Source: Eledone cirrhosa
Taxonomy: Eukaryota
Assembly: GCA_964016885.1 (NCBI GenBank)
Contig: OZ024742.1
Location: 323,082,001-323,146,000, forward strand
DNA length: 64,000 nucleotides
Direction of reading: 5' to 3'
Below, in pieces: positions 51,684 through 64,000 of this stretch. Every line of letters begins with the position of its first letter. Positions within the stretch are counted from its first letter, which is position 1. Both the position numbers and the translations under genes were made by a program. Below the pieces are notes generated by a model. It worked only from the letters and a program-made list of their open reading frames with translations. It was not told the origin of the DNA and did not search any database.

Positions 51684-51810
51684 TATCATCTCATTTCTAC
51701 AGCTGAGTAAACTGGAGCAATGTAAAATAAAGTGTCTTGTGTTGTTTCCTTGAGCAAGACACTTTATTTCACATTGCTCCAGTTTACTCAGCTATATAAA
51801 TGAGATGATA
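51684..51810. repeat. Inverted pair of SINE core segments (about 55-bp arms)
   Basis: 51684-51739 is the reverse complement of 51755-51810. Confidence 0.85.
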
Positions 51811-52989
51811 GGACTGGGGTTCCTATCGTTCCACTGCAACGTGGTCGTGGAGGTGCCACGGCAAAAAAGCACCCAGCCCACACTGTAAAAGTGGACGAGT
51901 AGGCGCCACGGAAAAGAAGCACCCAGCACTCACTGTAAATGAGGTTGGTGTTAGGAAGAGAATCCAGCTGTAGAAATCAAGCAAGAATCAGTTCCCATCC
52001 CACCCTTGCAAGCAGGGAAAAGCGGACGTAAAATGATGATGATGATGATACCAAAGAAAGTGTGGTAAGGAACCAGGTGGACCACAACGCACCAGAGTAC
52101 TCGATACTTAGGGTAGTAGAGTGGGTAATAGGAAAAGAGTCAGGACTCCAAAGGCTGAGCTTCGGCCATTTCGACAGCTAGATCCAAATTAACCCAACAG
52201 GATTGCAGAAGAGTGTTGTTTATCTTAGTTGTTCTGTAGCCTATATAGGATAATTCACAGAGTTTCAGAGGCAAAGATGTACACAAAGAAACACACATAA
52301 AAACGATGTTTGCATCTTCCAGATTCACTTGATCAGACCAAAGTTATAGCAGAAGACACCTGTCCAAAGTACCAGACAGTGGGGGCAAATCTGAAATCAT
52401 ATGCTTCAGAAGCAAACATCTTCACCACACAGCCATGACTGGGAATATATGTAAGTGATAAGCAAGTTCCCAACCCATCTTAGACATCAGTAGCTTTGGG
52501 TAAGTACTGACTTACTCAAAGTTACACACATACACATATATATATCACCTTGGGGAGGATATGGGCTCATCAGGTTTAAAAAGTATGCAAAATATGTCGA
52601 ATGTTACTACGGTGACGCTATGACTCCACCAGGAGTTACGGGTCCACGCACACGCACACAGTATGGTTCATAATATGGCATAGTATGATCCCGTAAATCC
52701 TGATGAAATCATAGGGGTGCCGTAATGGTATACAGCATTTCTTGGGCATTTCAAGCCTGGTGTAGCCCATCCATCTCCAAGTTTGAAGATGGAAGATTTC
52801 TTCCAGAGAAGGATAGAAAGTGAGAAAGAGATATAGAGGAAACAACGACCCCTGTACTAGATTGGTACTTTTCTTTATCGACCTCGAATGGATGAGACCA
52901 GAGAGCTGGAGCAAATACTGCAAAGCATTTTATTTGACATACTAATGACTCTATCAATTCACCGCCTTCGGTTTATAATATATATATAT

Positions 52990-53065
<76 letters not shown>

Positions 53066-53066
<1 letters not shown>

Positions 53067-53260
53067 TAGCGGCGATGAATTAGTTTTGCGAGGTTTTTGA
53101 CCGTCGGTCAGTCAATGGCAACATTGAGGACCGAGTAAGTTAGATTACCGATATAAAAGACACAGAAGCGAGAAGCGAAAACCAACCAAACAGTGAGTGT
53201 GTTCTGTTATTAATTCTGGCAATATTACACAAATATGACCCTCCCCAAGTATAACTATAT
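53066..53260. mobile_element. Rearranged solo PLE pseudo-LTR (inverted tip + direct piece) after (TA)n
   Basis: 53066-53098 = reverse complement of 41773-41805; 53095-53255 matches 41578-41742. Confidence 0.85.
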
Positions 53261-53490
53261 AAATATAAATACAAATATAAATTACCGAGAATCGTATTTT
53301 GGCTATTGGAAATTAGCGAAAAACAACTTCTGAGTTGTGTGGCGAGCGCTCCATAGAAGCTAGTGAACTAGAGCAACAACATAAGTTAAAAGGCCAAACA
53401 CACTGAGACGATGGTTAAACCATTATCCGCACAGCCATAGAAATGACCAAGTAATTCGGGTCAAACAAATAAAATATGATTGAAAATTAT

Positions 53491-53521
<31 letters not shown>

Positions 53522-54846
53522 ATATATATACCAAATATGGCAACACGTGTGGTGAGAAACAGACAGATGTACAATGAGTGAGTAAGGATCAAGATTGGTA
53601 CAAAAGCAACACATAAGTGGTAACACATATGGGACAAACATCTTTCAGGTCATCAGCTGTTAAAATAGACTTATACAGTTTTAACCACCTCTGACAGAAT
53701 TCTGGTCCATTCAGAGTTACAATGTCTAACACTACTCTGGATGATGAGGAACAAGAGAGAAACAGAGTACAGAACACAGGTGAGAATGATGAAATAAACA
53801 AAAATAGAAACACAACTTACCTGAAATTACAGAACAATGAGAAATAAAATACTCAAAACTGCAATATGTAAATCGAACAATGTATAACGAAGAACAGAAA
53901 AATCTGTTAGACCCATAGAGACAAAAATAAAATAAAAGAGTTACAAAGTGTGGATGGTGCAGAGAAGAAATAATAAAATGCTTTTTTGGTAAAAAAAAAT
54001 AATGTGAAGTTGGTAGTCACACCTTTTTTTTCAAGAAAATACAATGCAAAAAACCAGTATGTGACTTATATATTGGATGGATAGATAGATAGATTAATTC
54101 ATTCCTAGATAGAAAGATAGATAGATAGATAAATAGATAGATGGGTGTAGAGACAAACAAATTGACAAACAGATAGATAAACAGACAGGCAGACAGACAG
54201 ATAGATAGATTGATATGCAATGAAAAAGGTAAGTAGACTGCAAGATAAACTTAAATATATAGATCAATAGGTAGATCAATAGAAATGTGTATAAACACCT
54301 GTATAGAGAAATATATTTGAATATATCACATGTATCATATAACTTTTAATAGCCACTTGATCAACACAACACTAATGCTAGTGTGGAAGATGGACATTAA
54401 ACGAAGATGATGATGATGATGATATTGAATTGTTGATATCAAAATATGGTGAATGTGGGTTGACAACTCAATATAGGGAAACACCACACACATACATACA
54501 CACATACACAAACACACACATACACATAATATTCTATATATGAACTTCTTCACATACCCCAAGACTAAATGACATTAACATCATCATATCAAAGCCAGAG
54601 TTGCTTATATATATATTGACAGTCGATCGACTTTTGTCAAATCGGACCGCAACAATGTTTTCGTTGGTCTTTCCAATTGCTAATCCTATCTATTGGTCGC
54701 AACTCCAGGTAGAAGGAGCAACTTGAAATAAAGTGTCTTGCTCAAGGACATAACGCATTGCCCAGGTCCAGGAATCAAACTCACAACCTCACGATTGCAA
54801 ATCCAATTCTCTAACCACTCTGTCATGTGCCTTCACTTATATATAT

Positions 54847-57800
54847 ATCAGCATCATCATTTTAGGCCTGCTGTTCCATGTTTGCATGGGTTGGTCAGGT
54901 CCTTCACATTGCAGCATCTCTCCACTTGTCATCTTCACCATGAGTGTTAACATTTTGATATCAGCTCTCACCACTTCCATGGATGTCTTCCATGGTCTTC
55001 CTCTATTGTGGCCTCCCTCCACTGGGATAACTTGGCACTTCTTCACCCAGAGATTATCATTCATGTACATCACACATCCATACCAACAGTCTCCTCTCCA
55101 CACTGCTTCCGGTACCTCTTATACCCAATTTCTCCCTTAGTTCATCCAATCTTTGTCACTCTCACACATTAACATTGCATATCCATCAACGCATGCTTGC
55201 CTCATTTCTCTCTAGCCTCCACAGATCTTCTGCATTCACGGCTCTTGTCTTACTACCATGCAGCATTGCACTTTGCACACAAGCATCATATAGCTGATCT
55301 TTTGCTTGTAGGGAGAAAACTTTTATTGAGAGCAGGGGTAGCAGTTCATTAAAATTCTTCCATCCTGTCCTTTTTCTAGATACCATGCTCTCTGAGCACC
55401 CTCCTCCAATGCTAATTAAATCACCCAGGTGGTAAAAACTATCAACCACTTCTATGGATCCTTCTTGGGATTGGAAAAAGTTTATATTATTTTATTATTG
55501 GAACCAGTAATGTACTGGGTAATTGCTGGCTTTGTGCCAAAAGTAGAAACAATTATTTTATTATTGGTAATCTTACTATCAATTGACCATGAACATCTAC
55601 TACATAGAAAGTCTTACTTTCCTGTTAGTCTGCCTATTATCCCCCTACTCCTCTTGTATGCCCAAGATTTTCATTATGTACATCGTATGGAGTTTAAGCC
55701 TACACCTTTTCTACATATCAAGCAAGGTCACTTCATTGATGAGATTGGTGTTCCATTTTTCCTACTTATGAACATTTGGGTTTTTGCTAAAATTTTTCTA
55801 ATTTTTTTTTCCACAACTGGAATTTATACTCTAATTCTTTGACACACAGAAAATCCCATAGGCAACCAGTCCTCTGTTTTGGCTTGGAAGACTAGTATAA
55901 ACAGGGGTGAGCTAAGAACTGAACCTTAATGCTCTTCTACTTGTACTTTGAATTCCTCATTAAACTCATTTCCTATTCTCACTTTACTTACAGTTCCTCT
56001 GTACATGACTTGCACTGCTCTTACAAGCTATTCATCTACACCTAGTTCCCTTAATGACCACCAGATGACTGATCAGGGGTACTCTGTCAAAGTTTTTCTC
56101 TAGTTCAATAAAAGTTACATAAAGAGGCTTACTCTTAGCTAAGAACTTCTCTTGTAGTTGTCTTACTAAAATGAGGGCATCTGTGGTGCTCTCCCTAGCA
56201 TGAAACCAAATTGCATCTCATCTAATTTGACTCTTTTCTTAACTAGTTGTGTTAGAATTCTATCTGTCACTTTCATAACTTGTTCCATTAGTTTTATTCC
56301 CCTGTAATTGCTCCTTCCTAGAGCATCAGTTTTTCCCTTATAGCAATTAATAATTATGCTGCTGCACCAGTCATTGGATACGATCCCATCCTGTATTATT
56401 TGATGCTTTCAGCACCTCAGCAACTATCTTAGATGGACCTGCAGCTTTACCTTTTTTCATCACCTTGTATTGCTTCTTTGACACTATAACTTTCAATTTC
56501 AATAGCTGGTCTCTTTCTACTGGATCAGTTAGGAGTAGTTTCCTTTCCTCCCATTCATTCTCTGCGTTCATTAACCTCTCATAGCAGCATTTCCAGGCCT
56601 CTTTCTTTTGAGTATAAGTGATGCTAAGTGTACTAATCTCATTTTGAACTCACTTTTCCCCAACAATATCCTGATTTACACTGATACACTGCCTTGCAAT
56701 TCGGAACACTTTTTGTCTCTCATCTTCATGCTGCAAGACATTGGCAAATCTCCTTATTTCAGCCTCTTTTCATGCTATGTATACATTTTGCCTAGCCTTT
56801 CTTTTAGCTACCAGGTAGCAGTCTCTACTGCCCATGTTTTGCCAGTCTTTCCATGCCTGTGTCCTCCTCCAGATTTTCCAGTGTTTCCTCTTCTGTAATG
56901 AACTTATTTTCATGTTACTAATAATTAACTCATGTTGGACAGTGCATTCTTCTCCAAGGAAAGTTTTAATATCTTTAACCATCTATCTCGTTTTATAACA
57001 AGTAGAAAGTAAATCTGGCTCATGTGTTTGCCTGACTGGTAGGTGATCAAGTGACTGGCCAGTTTCCTGAATTTAGTGTTGCAAATGGTTAAATCATTTG
57101 AATCACAGAATACCAAGAGCCTCATTCTCTCTTCATTTCTTGAGCTATAGCCATAGCAACTGTGTACCCCCAATATATCCATCCTTGTGCTGTCCAACAT
57201 GTCCATTAAAGTCACCTACTGTGATGATAAGGTCTCCATCATCAGTAACTGAGGTTGTTTGTAGAAGACAAAAGCAGTCGTTTTGCTCCTTACTTAGTCC
57301 CACTTTTGGTGCATAGCTAGAGATAATAGTTGTCATTCTATTGCCTATGCCAAGTTTGATAATTCAGTCACTTATTCTAACTACTTTGATTACCTTATCC
57401 ACTCACTTCTCCGCTAGTAGAATACCTACTCCACTTACTCTTTCATTATTACCTACCCAGAAGAGCATGTATCTATGTTGCTTGCCTGTGAGGAATCTTG
57501 CAGAGTTGTCTCACCATCTCACTTCTGAGACACAGCATACATCCACTCTTCGCCTCTCAAGCAACTCCAAAATTTCACCTGATCTACATTTTAGTGTGCC
57601 CACATTGAGTGTAGCAGAGACTAGTTATCTGGTAATGGTGATTTGGTCCAATTGTAGTTCTTTGTATCTGGAAGGGAATAAGGGTGTATAAATGCTTAAT
57701 GATGGTTAAGGGCTTCTCACACATGGTTAACCTAGCCATCCCATTACCATGCACAGCACTAACATGACTTGTATTAGTCCTGTATACGCAATTAGTGAGA

Positions 57801-58150
57801 GATTTATGTGTTGTACTTTGCATAGAGTTCTCTCTACTTTATATCAGTTTTTATTCAGAGTGACTGCGCTCCTAGATGGCTTGCTTTTTCCATGGCTTAC
57901 GGAGCCCATGTTCACCCCATGCAGTTGTATTTTATTCACAGTCACTGCCCTCCTAGATAGGTTGCCTTGTGCATGGCTTATGGAGCCCACATCTGCCCTG
58001 TGCAGCTTTATTTTATTCAAATTACTGCCCTCCTTGATGGACTGCTTTCTGCATGGCTTATGGAGCTCATTTTATTTGGAGTTACTGCCTTCCTAGACAT
58101 GCTGCATTTTGCATGGCTTACAGAGCCCACATCGGCCCCATGCTGATTTA
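54847..58150 (-). mobile_element. Degenerate near full-length RTE LINE
   Basis: APE (SYAP, VGDFNGHVG), RT (KAAGPS, YRGIKL), FYHLGD, WYG..M, RGRPWKT, (GAT)n tail; SINE piece at about 55500-55555. Confidence 0.85.
57848..58150 (-). repeat. Four tandem 60-80-bp units at RTE 5' end
   Basis: TTTATT..ACTGC.CTCCTAGA...CATGGCTTA.GGAGCCCA repeated. Confidence 0.8.
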
Positions 58151-59929
58151 TATTTAAGACCAGAATGTTATGCTCTAAGTGTTCCCCATACTGTGAGGAA
58201 GGGATTTTTAAGTCCCAAAATATTAGGATGTAAAAAAACCCAGATAAGGATAATAAATACCAGGTAACACAAACCTTTTCGTCGCCTTCATTTTACCATC
58301 CATTTTGCATTGTCTTAGCCTTCTTAAACATATCATTTTCTTCATTATATACTATATACAATGCTTCAGGCAAACTACAACATTCTATTATATATATATA
58401 GTATTAAAAAGATTGGAAGCCATAAGCAGTTGATTTAGGTTTATTTATATCTCCATGATACGTATTTTGATGAGGACTACCAATACCAAAGCCTGAGTGA
58501 GCTCTTCAGAAAATTTTTTTTTACAAACTTCCTCAAAAGATCTTTTTTTACAGGAGTTGGCAGAATGTGTTGATGTTGGTATATATGAATAAGATGCTAC
58601 TTATAGGTCTAACAGTGAAAACCGGCATAAATGATGATGATGATTACTGTGTGTATCTGGTTTAAAATAAGAACACTTGGGGCCCTACAAATGGCTTTAA
58701 AATGACTACTACTACTACTACTACTACTACTATTACTACTACTACTACTACTGTCATAGATTTCACACATACACCACAACCGTCACCATCACCTCCCCTT
58801 TTACCCTTGGAATCTATTAATTAAACTTACTGGCTAATTAATTAAGTCCTCAAAAAATAATTATATATATATACATGTATACACACACACACATATACAT
58901 ATATATATATCAGAAGTACGCGGCATCACCTAAGTTAAAGAAAATAATGAAATTTAATTCAAAACTTTTTCTAGGGTATATTTGAAACTTCTAATATAGC
59001 TGTTTCTTTTATGTAACATATCTTATAGTTGCAATGTGATTTCATACTTAGTTTCTTTATTCCTTTCATATTTTGTCTGTGCTTGGGTTTCAAGATAACT
59101 TTGTCTTTCATCCTTTTGGGGTCCATAAAAAAAGTACTAATTCAATGATAGAACATTGACGGAACCACTAAATAATTGGGTGTGATGCTTTGTGTGGTAT
59201 CTGTTGTGGCTCTGTGCTAAGTTCAAATCCTGCCTCCAGACACAGTAAAATCAGTGACTCTCTTTCTAGGATTTACAACCAGCAGATAGTATACTCCTTT
59301 TTCAGCAGGAATATATTTCATAATAATTAAATTTGAACAAAAATGTGTTTCATCGCTATATCTTAATATATAGTTAAAACAGGATGCAGCCACCTAGACA
59401 ATGAAGCTCTGGGCTGCAGCCCACTTTGCCCATAGTTAAATTTGGTACTGGTCTTATTTGACCTTTTGTAGCTGGTCAGCAATTGACTATGAAATATTTA
59501 TTGGTTCAGAGTACAAAGTCCATCATGTCAAAAAGCTTGTTGCTTCATCATGTGAACATTAAAATGTTTACTTTATCTATACTAGTACATCACTCATTAT
59601 TTTACAGATGGAATAGATGGAATTCACTAAACTTTAACAAAGCTATGTGTGTGCATGTATATATATATGTATATACAGTGGGTCCTCGATATACGGTAGT
59701 TCTTTATCCGGTAAATTCACAGATACGGTTTTGGATAATTACTACCATCAATTCTTTTTACGGTAAAAAAAATTCACAAATACGGTTTTTGGTCATGTTT
59801 TGTTTATATTGTACCGTAGCGCCACCTGTAGTAAGCAATAAATTTCCCCTTGAATTCGTGGAAACTGACTGCTATTCGAATTCTAGGAAAATTGTGTTAC
59901 TACTGCTATCGTACTAACTGATCTTACCG

Positions 59930-60080
59930 AGAAACTGGCCAATCACGAGCGAGTTCAGATATCGGTCGATGACGTCATAACTCTTAACTGATCATTTCAT
60001 TTCGGCAAACTAACGTGTCCTCTCAGTGAGAGAATTTTAGCTGAACTGAAGTGATCAGTTAAGAGTTATTACGTCATTCA
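59930..60080 (+). promoter_or_regulatory. Putative transposase promoter: CCAAT box and CRE inside an inverted repeat
   Basis: GGCCAATCA at about 59937; TGACGTCA at 59970; arms 59969-59999 / 60047-60077. Confidence 0.4.
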
Positions 60081-60151
60081 AAGTAAGAGAAAACCCGATG
60101 GCGTGTTTTGGGAGCATAATTATCACGGTATATCTTATAACCCCATATCTC

Positions 60152-62788
60152 ATGGCCCCAAAACGTCCTGTGAATATTGCTGATGCAGATGGTAAGGCCA
60201 AACGCATGAGGAAGAGCCTGACTTTGGAGATAAAGCTGGACATTTTGAAAAGGAAGGAACAGGGGCAAGGTACGTCCACCATAAGTCGTAACTTAGGCCT
60301 AGCGCAGTCTACAGTCTGGACTGTTTTAAAAAATAGTGAGGCTGTCAAAAAGGCTGGGGAGAATGCTACAAGTCTACAGAGTAAATTGTTGACCAAACAT
60401 TGTGAGCCGATTATGGATAGGATGGAAAGGTTGCTCAAAATTTGGATCGACGACCAAAATCGTCAAAATATGCCTGTCTTTAAATGTAATCAGTGAGAAA
60501 GCATTGTCCATTATTGACAGGCTCGGGACTGAAATGGGGGTGGAGGACTTTGTATTCAAGGCAAGCAAAGGCTGGTTTGATAAGTTCAAACGACGTTCGA
60601 GTCTTCACAACATAAATGTTACAGGTGAGGCTGCCAGTTCCGACAAAAAGAGTGCTGAAAAATTCAAGGCAGAGTTAGAGAAATGAATTGCAGAGAAGGG
60701 GTACAGCAAAAAACAGGTTATTAATTATGATGAAACAGGACTTTATTGGAAAAAGATGACCAGTAATAATTATATTGACAAGGAGGAGAAAAGTGCGAAG
60801 GGGTACAAAGCCTCAAAGGACCGCGTTACTCTGTTACTTGGAGGGAATGCAGAAGGAGATTTAAAGCTAAAGCTACTCATTATCTACCATTCTGAAACTC
60901 CAAGAGCACTCAAGGGGTTACTTAAGCAATACCTACCAGTGATATGGAAGTCTAATAAGAAGGCATGGCTGATCACTTCAATTCACCAGGATTTTTTCAC
61001 CTCATATCTGTCACCAACCCTTAAGGAATATACATTAGCTAACAACATTGCCAACCATTTTCTGCTATTAGTGGACAACGCCCCCAGCCACCCACGGGCA
61101 ATGGAAGACTGGTCAGAAAATATTGAGGTTTTGTTTCTCCCCCCAAACACCACAGCTCTCATTCAGCCGATGGATCAAACAGTCATCATCATCATCATCG
61201 TTTAAACGTCCATCTGCCACGCTTGCATGGGTTTGGACGGGAGGTTTCCCACTTGAGGCAAGATTTGTTGTCGTATAGGACTGTATAGGACTGTCTGGCA
61301 GGTTTTCTACGGCTGGATGCCCTTCCTAACACCAACCACGTTTACAGTGTGGACTGGGAGGTTTTTACCGTGTTACCTACACAGCCACATTACAGCGTGT
61401 ATTGTGTGTTTTTTTGTCGTGACACCTACACGACGTCATTTGTTTCAGACTGGATGTTGTGGTACCAACATAACTTCACATTTAAGGGGGTGGTGTGGAT
61501 GGGGTGGGGGTAGTGGGACGGGGGGGGGGTTATTTTGTTAGAGGTGCCTACTGACTGTAGGTTTCGCTTTGTACTTAGGCAAGGCGGGTCTTCTGTATGA
61601 CTGTGTAGCGCCAAAGATCTCGGTCCAGTGACATTGTCTTGGAGAGGTGTAAGTGTGTGAGGTCGGAATTTATCAAGTCGTCCCAGGTTTTTCTGGGTCT
61701 GCCTACTCCGTGGCTACCGTCTATTTTTATCACCCTGCACTTTTTTATACAGCCGTCGTCTTTCATGCGCATCACGTGACCGTACCAACGTAGTCTTCTC
61801 TCGAGTAAACAACATCTGATCCCTCTTATTCCTAATTTCTCCCTTAGTTCGTTTATGCTTTGCCGTTCACGTATATTACTATTACACATCCAGCGGAGCA
61901 TGCAAGCTTCGTTTATCTCCAGTCTGCGTATATCCTCTGCACACAATGCCCAGGTCTCACTGCCATGTAGCATTGCTGTTCGTATGCAAGCATCATACAG
62001 CCTGCCTTTCATTTTTAGAGAGGACCCTTTAGCGGCCAATAGCGGCCAAAACATTTAAGGCATACTACCAGCGGAGAACCATGCAGCAGCTGATAAAGGG
62101 CACAGATGGGCCTGACAAGCCCACGATCAGGGAATGGTGGAAATTGTACAACATCAAGCACGGCTTAGACAACATCAAGGCATCTTGGAAAGAAGTGAAG
62201 CAGTCTGCCATGAACTTGGCCTGGAAGAAATTATGGCCAGCATGTGTGAATGACTTCCAAGGCTTTGCTGAGGACATTGGTGCGATAAAAAAAGATATTG
62301 TAAATCTCTGCCATAGAGCTGGCTTGGATGGTGTTAATGATGATGATGTGCAAGACCTTTTGGAAAGCCACGCTGAACCACTCTCCAATGATGAACTCAT
62401 AGAACTAGACAAAGCGATACAGGAGACAGAAAAAGAAGAAGAGGAGGAAGAAGAACTTGTGCGTGGCTTGGACATAGAAACTCTAAGAGAATGTCTCGGG
62501 AGTATCGAAACAATCTTAGAAACCCTGAAGGAGCGTGACCTCAACCCTGCTAGGAGCAGCAAAGTGGCTCAAGACATTGAGAAAAGCGTCAAGATTTACC
62601 AAGAAATGTATGAAGCCAAAAGAAACACCGTCAAACAGTCCTCCATCTACTCTTTCTTCAAGCCAATCACACCTGCCAACCGTGCTAGAGCTGGCCCTTC
62701 AACATCCACTGCAGTCAACGAGTTTGTTGGTTTTGAGCCTCCCACATCACCCTCATCTTCCCCTACCAACTCAGCCCAAGATGAGTAA
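60152..62788 (+). pseudogene. Tigger transposase (HTH_psq, CENP-B-type HTH, DD32D), one frameshift, one stop, split by RTE insertion
   Basis: MAPKR..RKSLTLEIKLDIL, FKASKGWFDKFKRR, NYDETGLYWK, VDNAPSHP-32aa-PMDQ. Confidence 0.92.
61188..62047 (-). mobile_element. RTE LINE 3' fragment inserted in Tigger transposase
   Basis: ORF 61575-62054 KGRLYDACIRTAMLHGSETW...RRLRWYGHV; (GAT)n tail; removal restores VI|KTFKAYY in frame. Confidence 0.93.
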
Positions 62789-63035
62789 GGGCTGAAACCC
62801 ATACTGTCCCTTAGCCTCAGGAGGGACAAATGAAGAGGCACATCATCTGATGGACTACGCGGCATGTGTAAGGTACAGTAAATAAAATAAAACAATTTCT
62901 TTTCTGTAGGGATGACTTTTTCGATGTGCTGGAACGCATCCCTATCAATTTTATGTTATAATGGGTTCTTTATACGGTAATTCGATATACGGTAAGGGTT
63001 TCAGGAACGCATATGTACCATATATCGAGGACTCA

Positions 63036-63069
<34 letters not shown>

Positions 63070-63070
63070 G

Positions 63071-63103
<33 letters not shown>

Positions 63104-63129
63104 ATAATATATGTATTATGTATATATAT

Positions 63130-63541
63130 GATCTTTGGCACTACGCAGTAATACAGAAAACCCGCCTTGCCTAAGTACAAAGCGAAACCTACAGTCAGTA
63201 GGCACCTCTTAATCAAATATACATCCCTCTCCCACCACCCCTTTCTCTGTAAAGTTATGTTGGTACCACAACATCCAGTCCTAAATAAATGAGGTCATGT
63301 AGGTGTCACAACAAAAAAAAACACAGTCCACGCTGTAATGTGGCCGTGTAGGTAACACAGTAAAAACCTCCCAGTCCACACTGTAAACGTGGTTGGTGTT
63401 AGGAAGGGCATCCAGCCGTAGAAAACCTGCCGGACAGTCCCATACAAGCGAGACGACCAATCTTGCCTCAAGTCGGACAATTCCCGTCTAAACACATGCT
63501 AGCATGGAAGATGGACGTTAAACGATGATGATGATGATGAT
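63130..63541 (+). mobile_element. RTE 3'UTR fragment, same family as 61188-62047, opposite orientation
   Basis: High similarity to the reverse complement of 61188-61620; (GAT)n tail. Confidence 0.85.
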
Positions 63542-64000
63542 ATATATATATATATATATATGTGATGCATATATAGAGATAGATAGAGACAGACAGACAG
63601 ATAGATAGACAAACATAGATAGATAGATAGAGAAGGAGAGAGAGAGAAACAATTGACTTCTGATATGAATGAAAGTATTTTAGAACATTCATTCACTTTA
63701 CCTCACCTCACTTCACCCTACCCTACTTCATCCCTACTCCATCCTTTGCCTTACATTTGTGTTCCATGTATTCTAAAAAAAGTTTTAACTGTTTGATAGA
63801 GTGTAGCATTCATGTGACAGACAAAAAGGCTGTACTGTTATTATAATATAGACTGAATGTTTTCTGGAATTCTTTACCAGTATTTTACCACTTACACCTT
63901 GTTACTATGATATGGTGGTTCTTTATGCCAGAAAAGAACAAATAAATAAATGCAATCTAGCTGCTAAAATGTTAAGATGCTCACTTTATAATGATGATGT

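Larger units (their letters stand above)
59676..63038 (+). mobile_element. Tigger/pogo-family DNA transposon, complete with TIRs and TA TSD
   Basis: TA|CAGTGGGTCCTCGATATACGGT ... ACCATATATCGAGGACTCACTG|TA. Confidence 0.93.

Overview
Eukaryotic, AT-rich, microsatellite-saturated non-coding DNA with no recognisable host gene. The SINE/LINE repertoire and simple-repeat load resemble an octopus/cephalopod genome (inference only). The window is a transposon graveyard. It holds two Tx1/L1-clade LINEs (1-2274 minus; 19071-24837 plus, near full length) embedded in (TATC)n and a same-strand tandem stack of R4/Dong-like RLE retrotransposons inside a (CATA)n tract (32.5-36.2 kb). It also holds three Penelope-like elements (a Naiad-type GIY-YIG foldback at 4.2-5.5 kb and two related copies at 40.2-41.8 and 45.6-49.5 kb in (TA)n) with minimal hammerhead ribozyme motifs, many RTE and CR1 fragments, Helitron pieces, a Tigger/pogo DD32D transposon split by an RTE insertion, >10 tRNA-SINE copies and a 29-bp x5 higher-order minisatellite. 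The most notable patterns are the apparent partitioning of microsatellite targets among retroelement families, several hammerhead motifs including a U3-A8 variant, covarying 5'UTR hairpins plus a conserved splice donor in the Tx1 family, and repeated fold-back (inverted) structures. All calls are by eye; no database searches or folding were run. Most short ORFs in the track are microsatellite or antisense artefacts.
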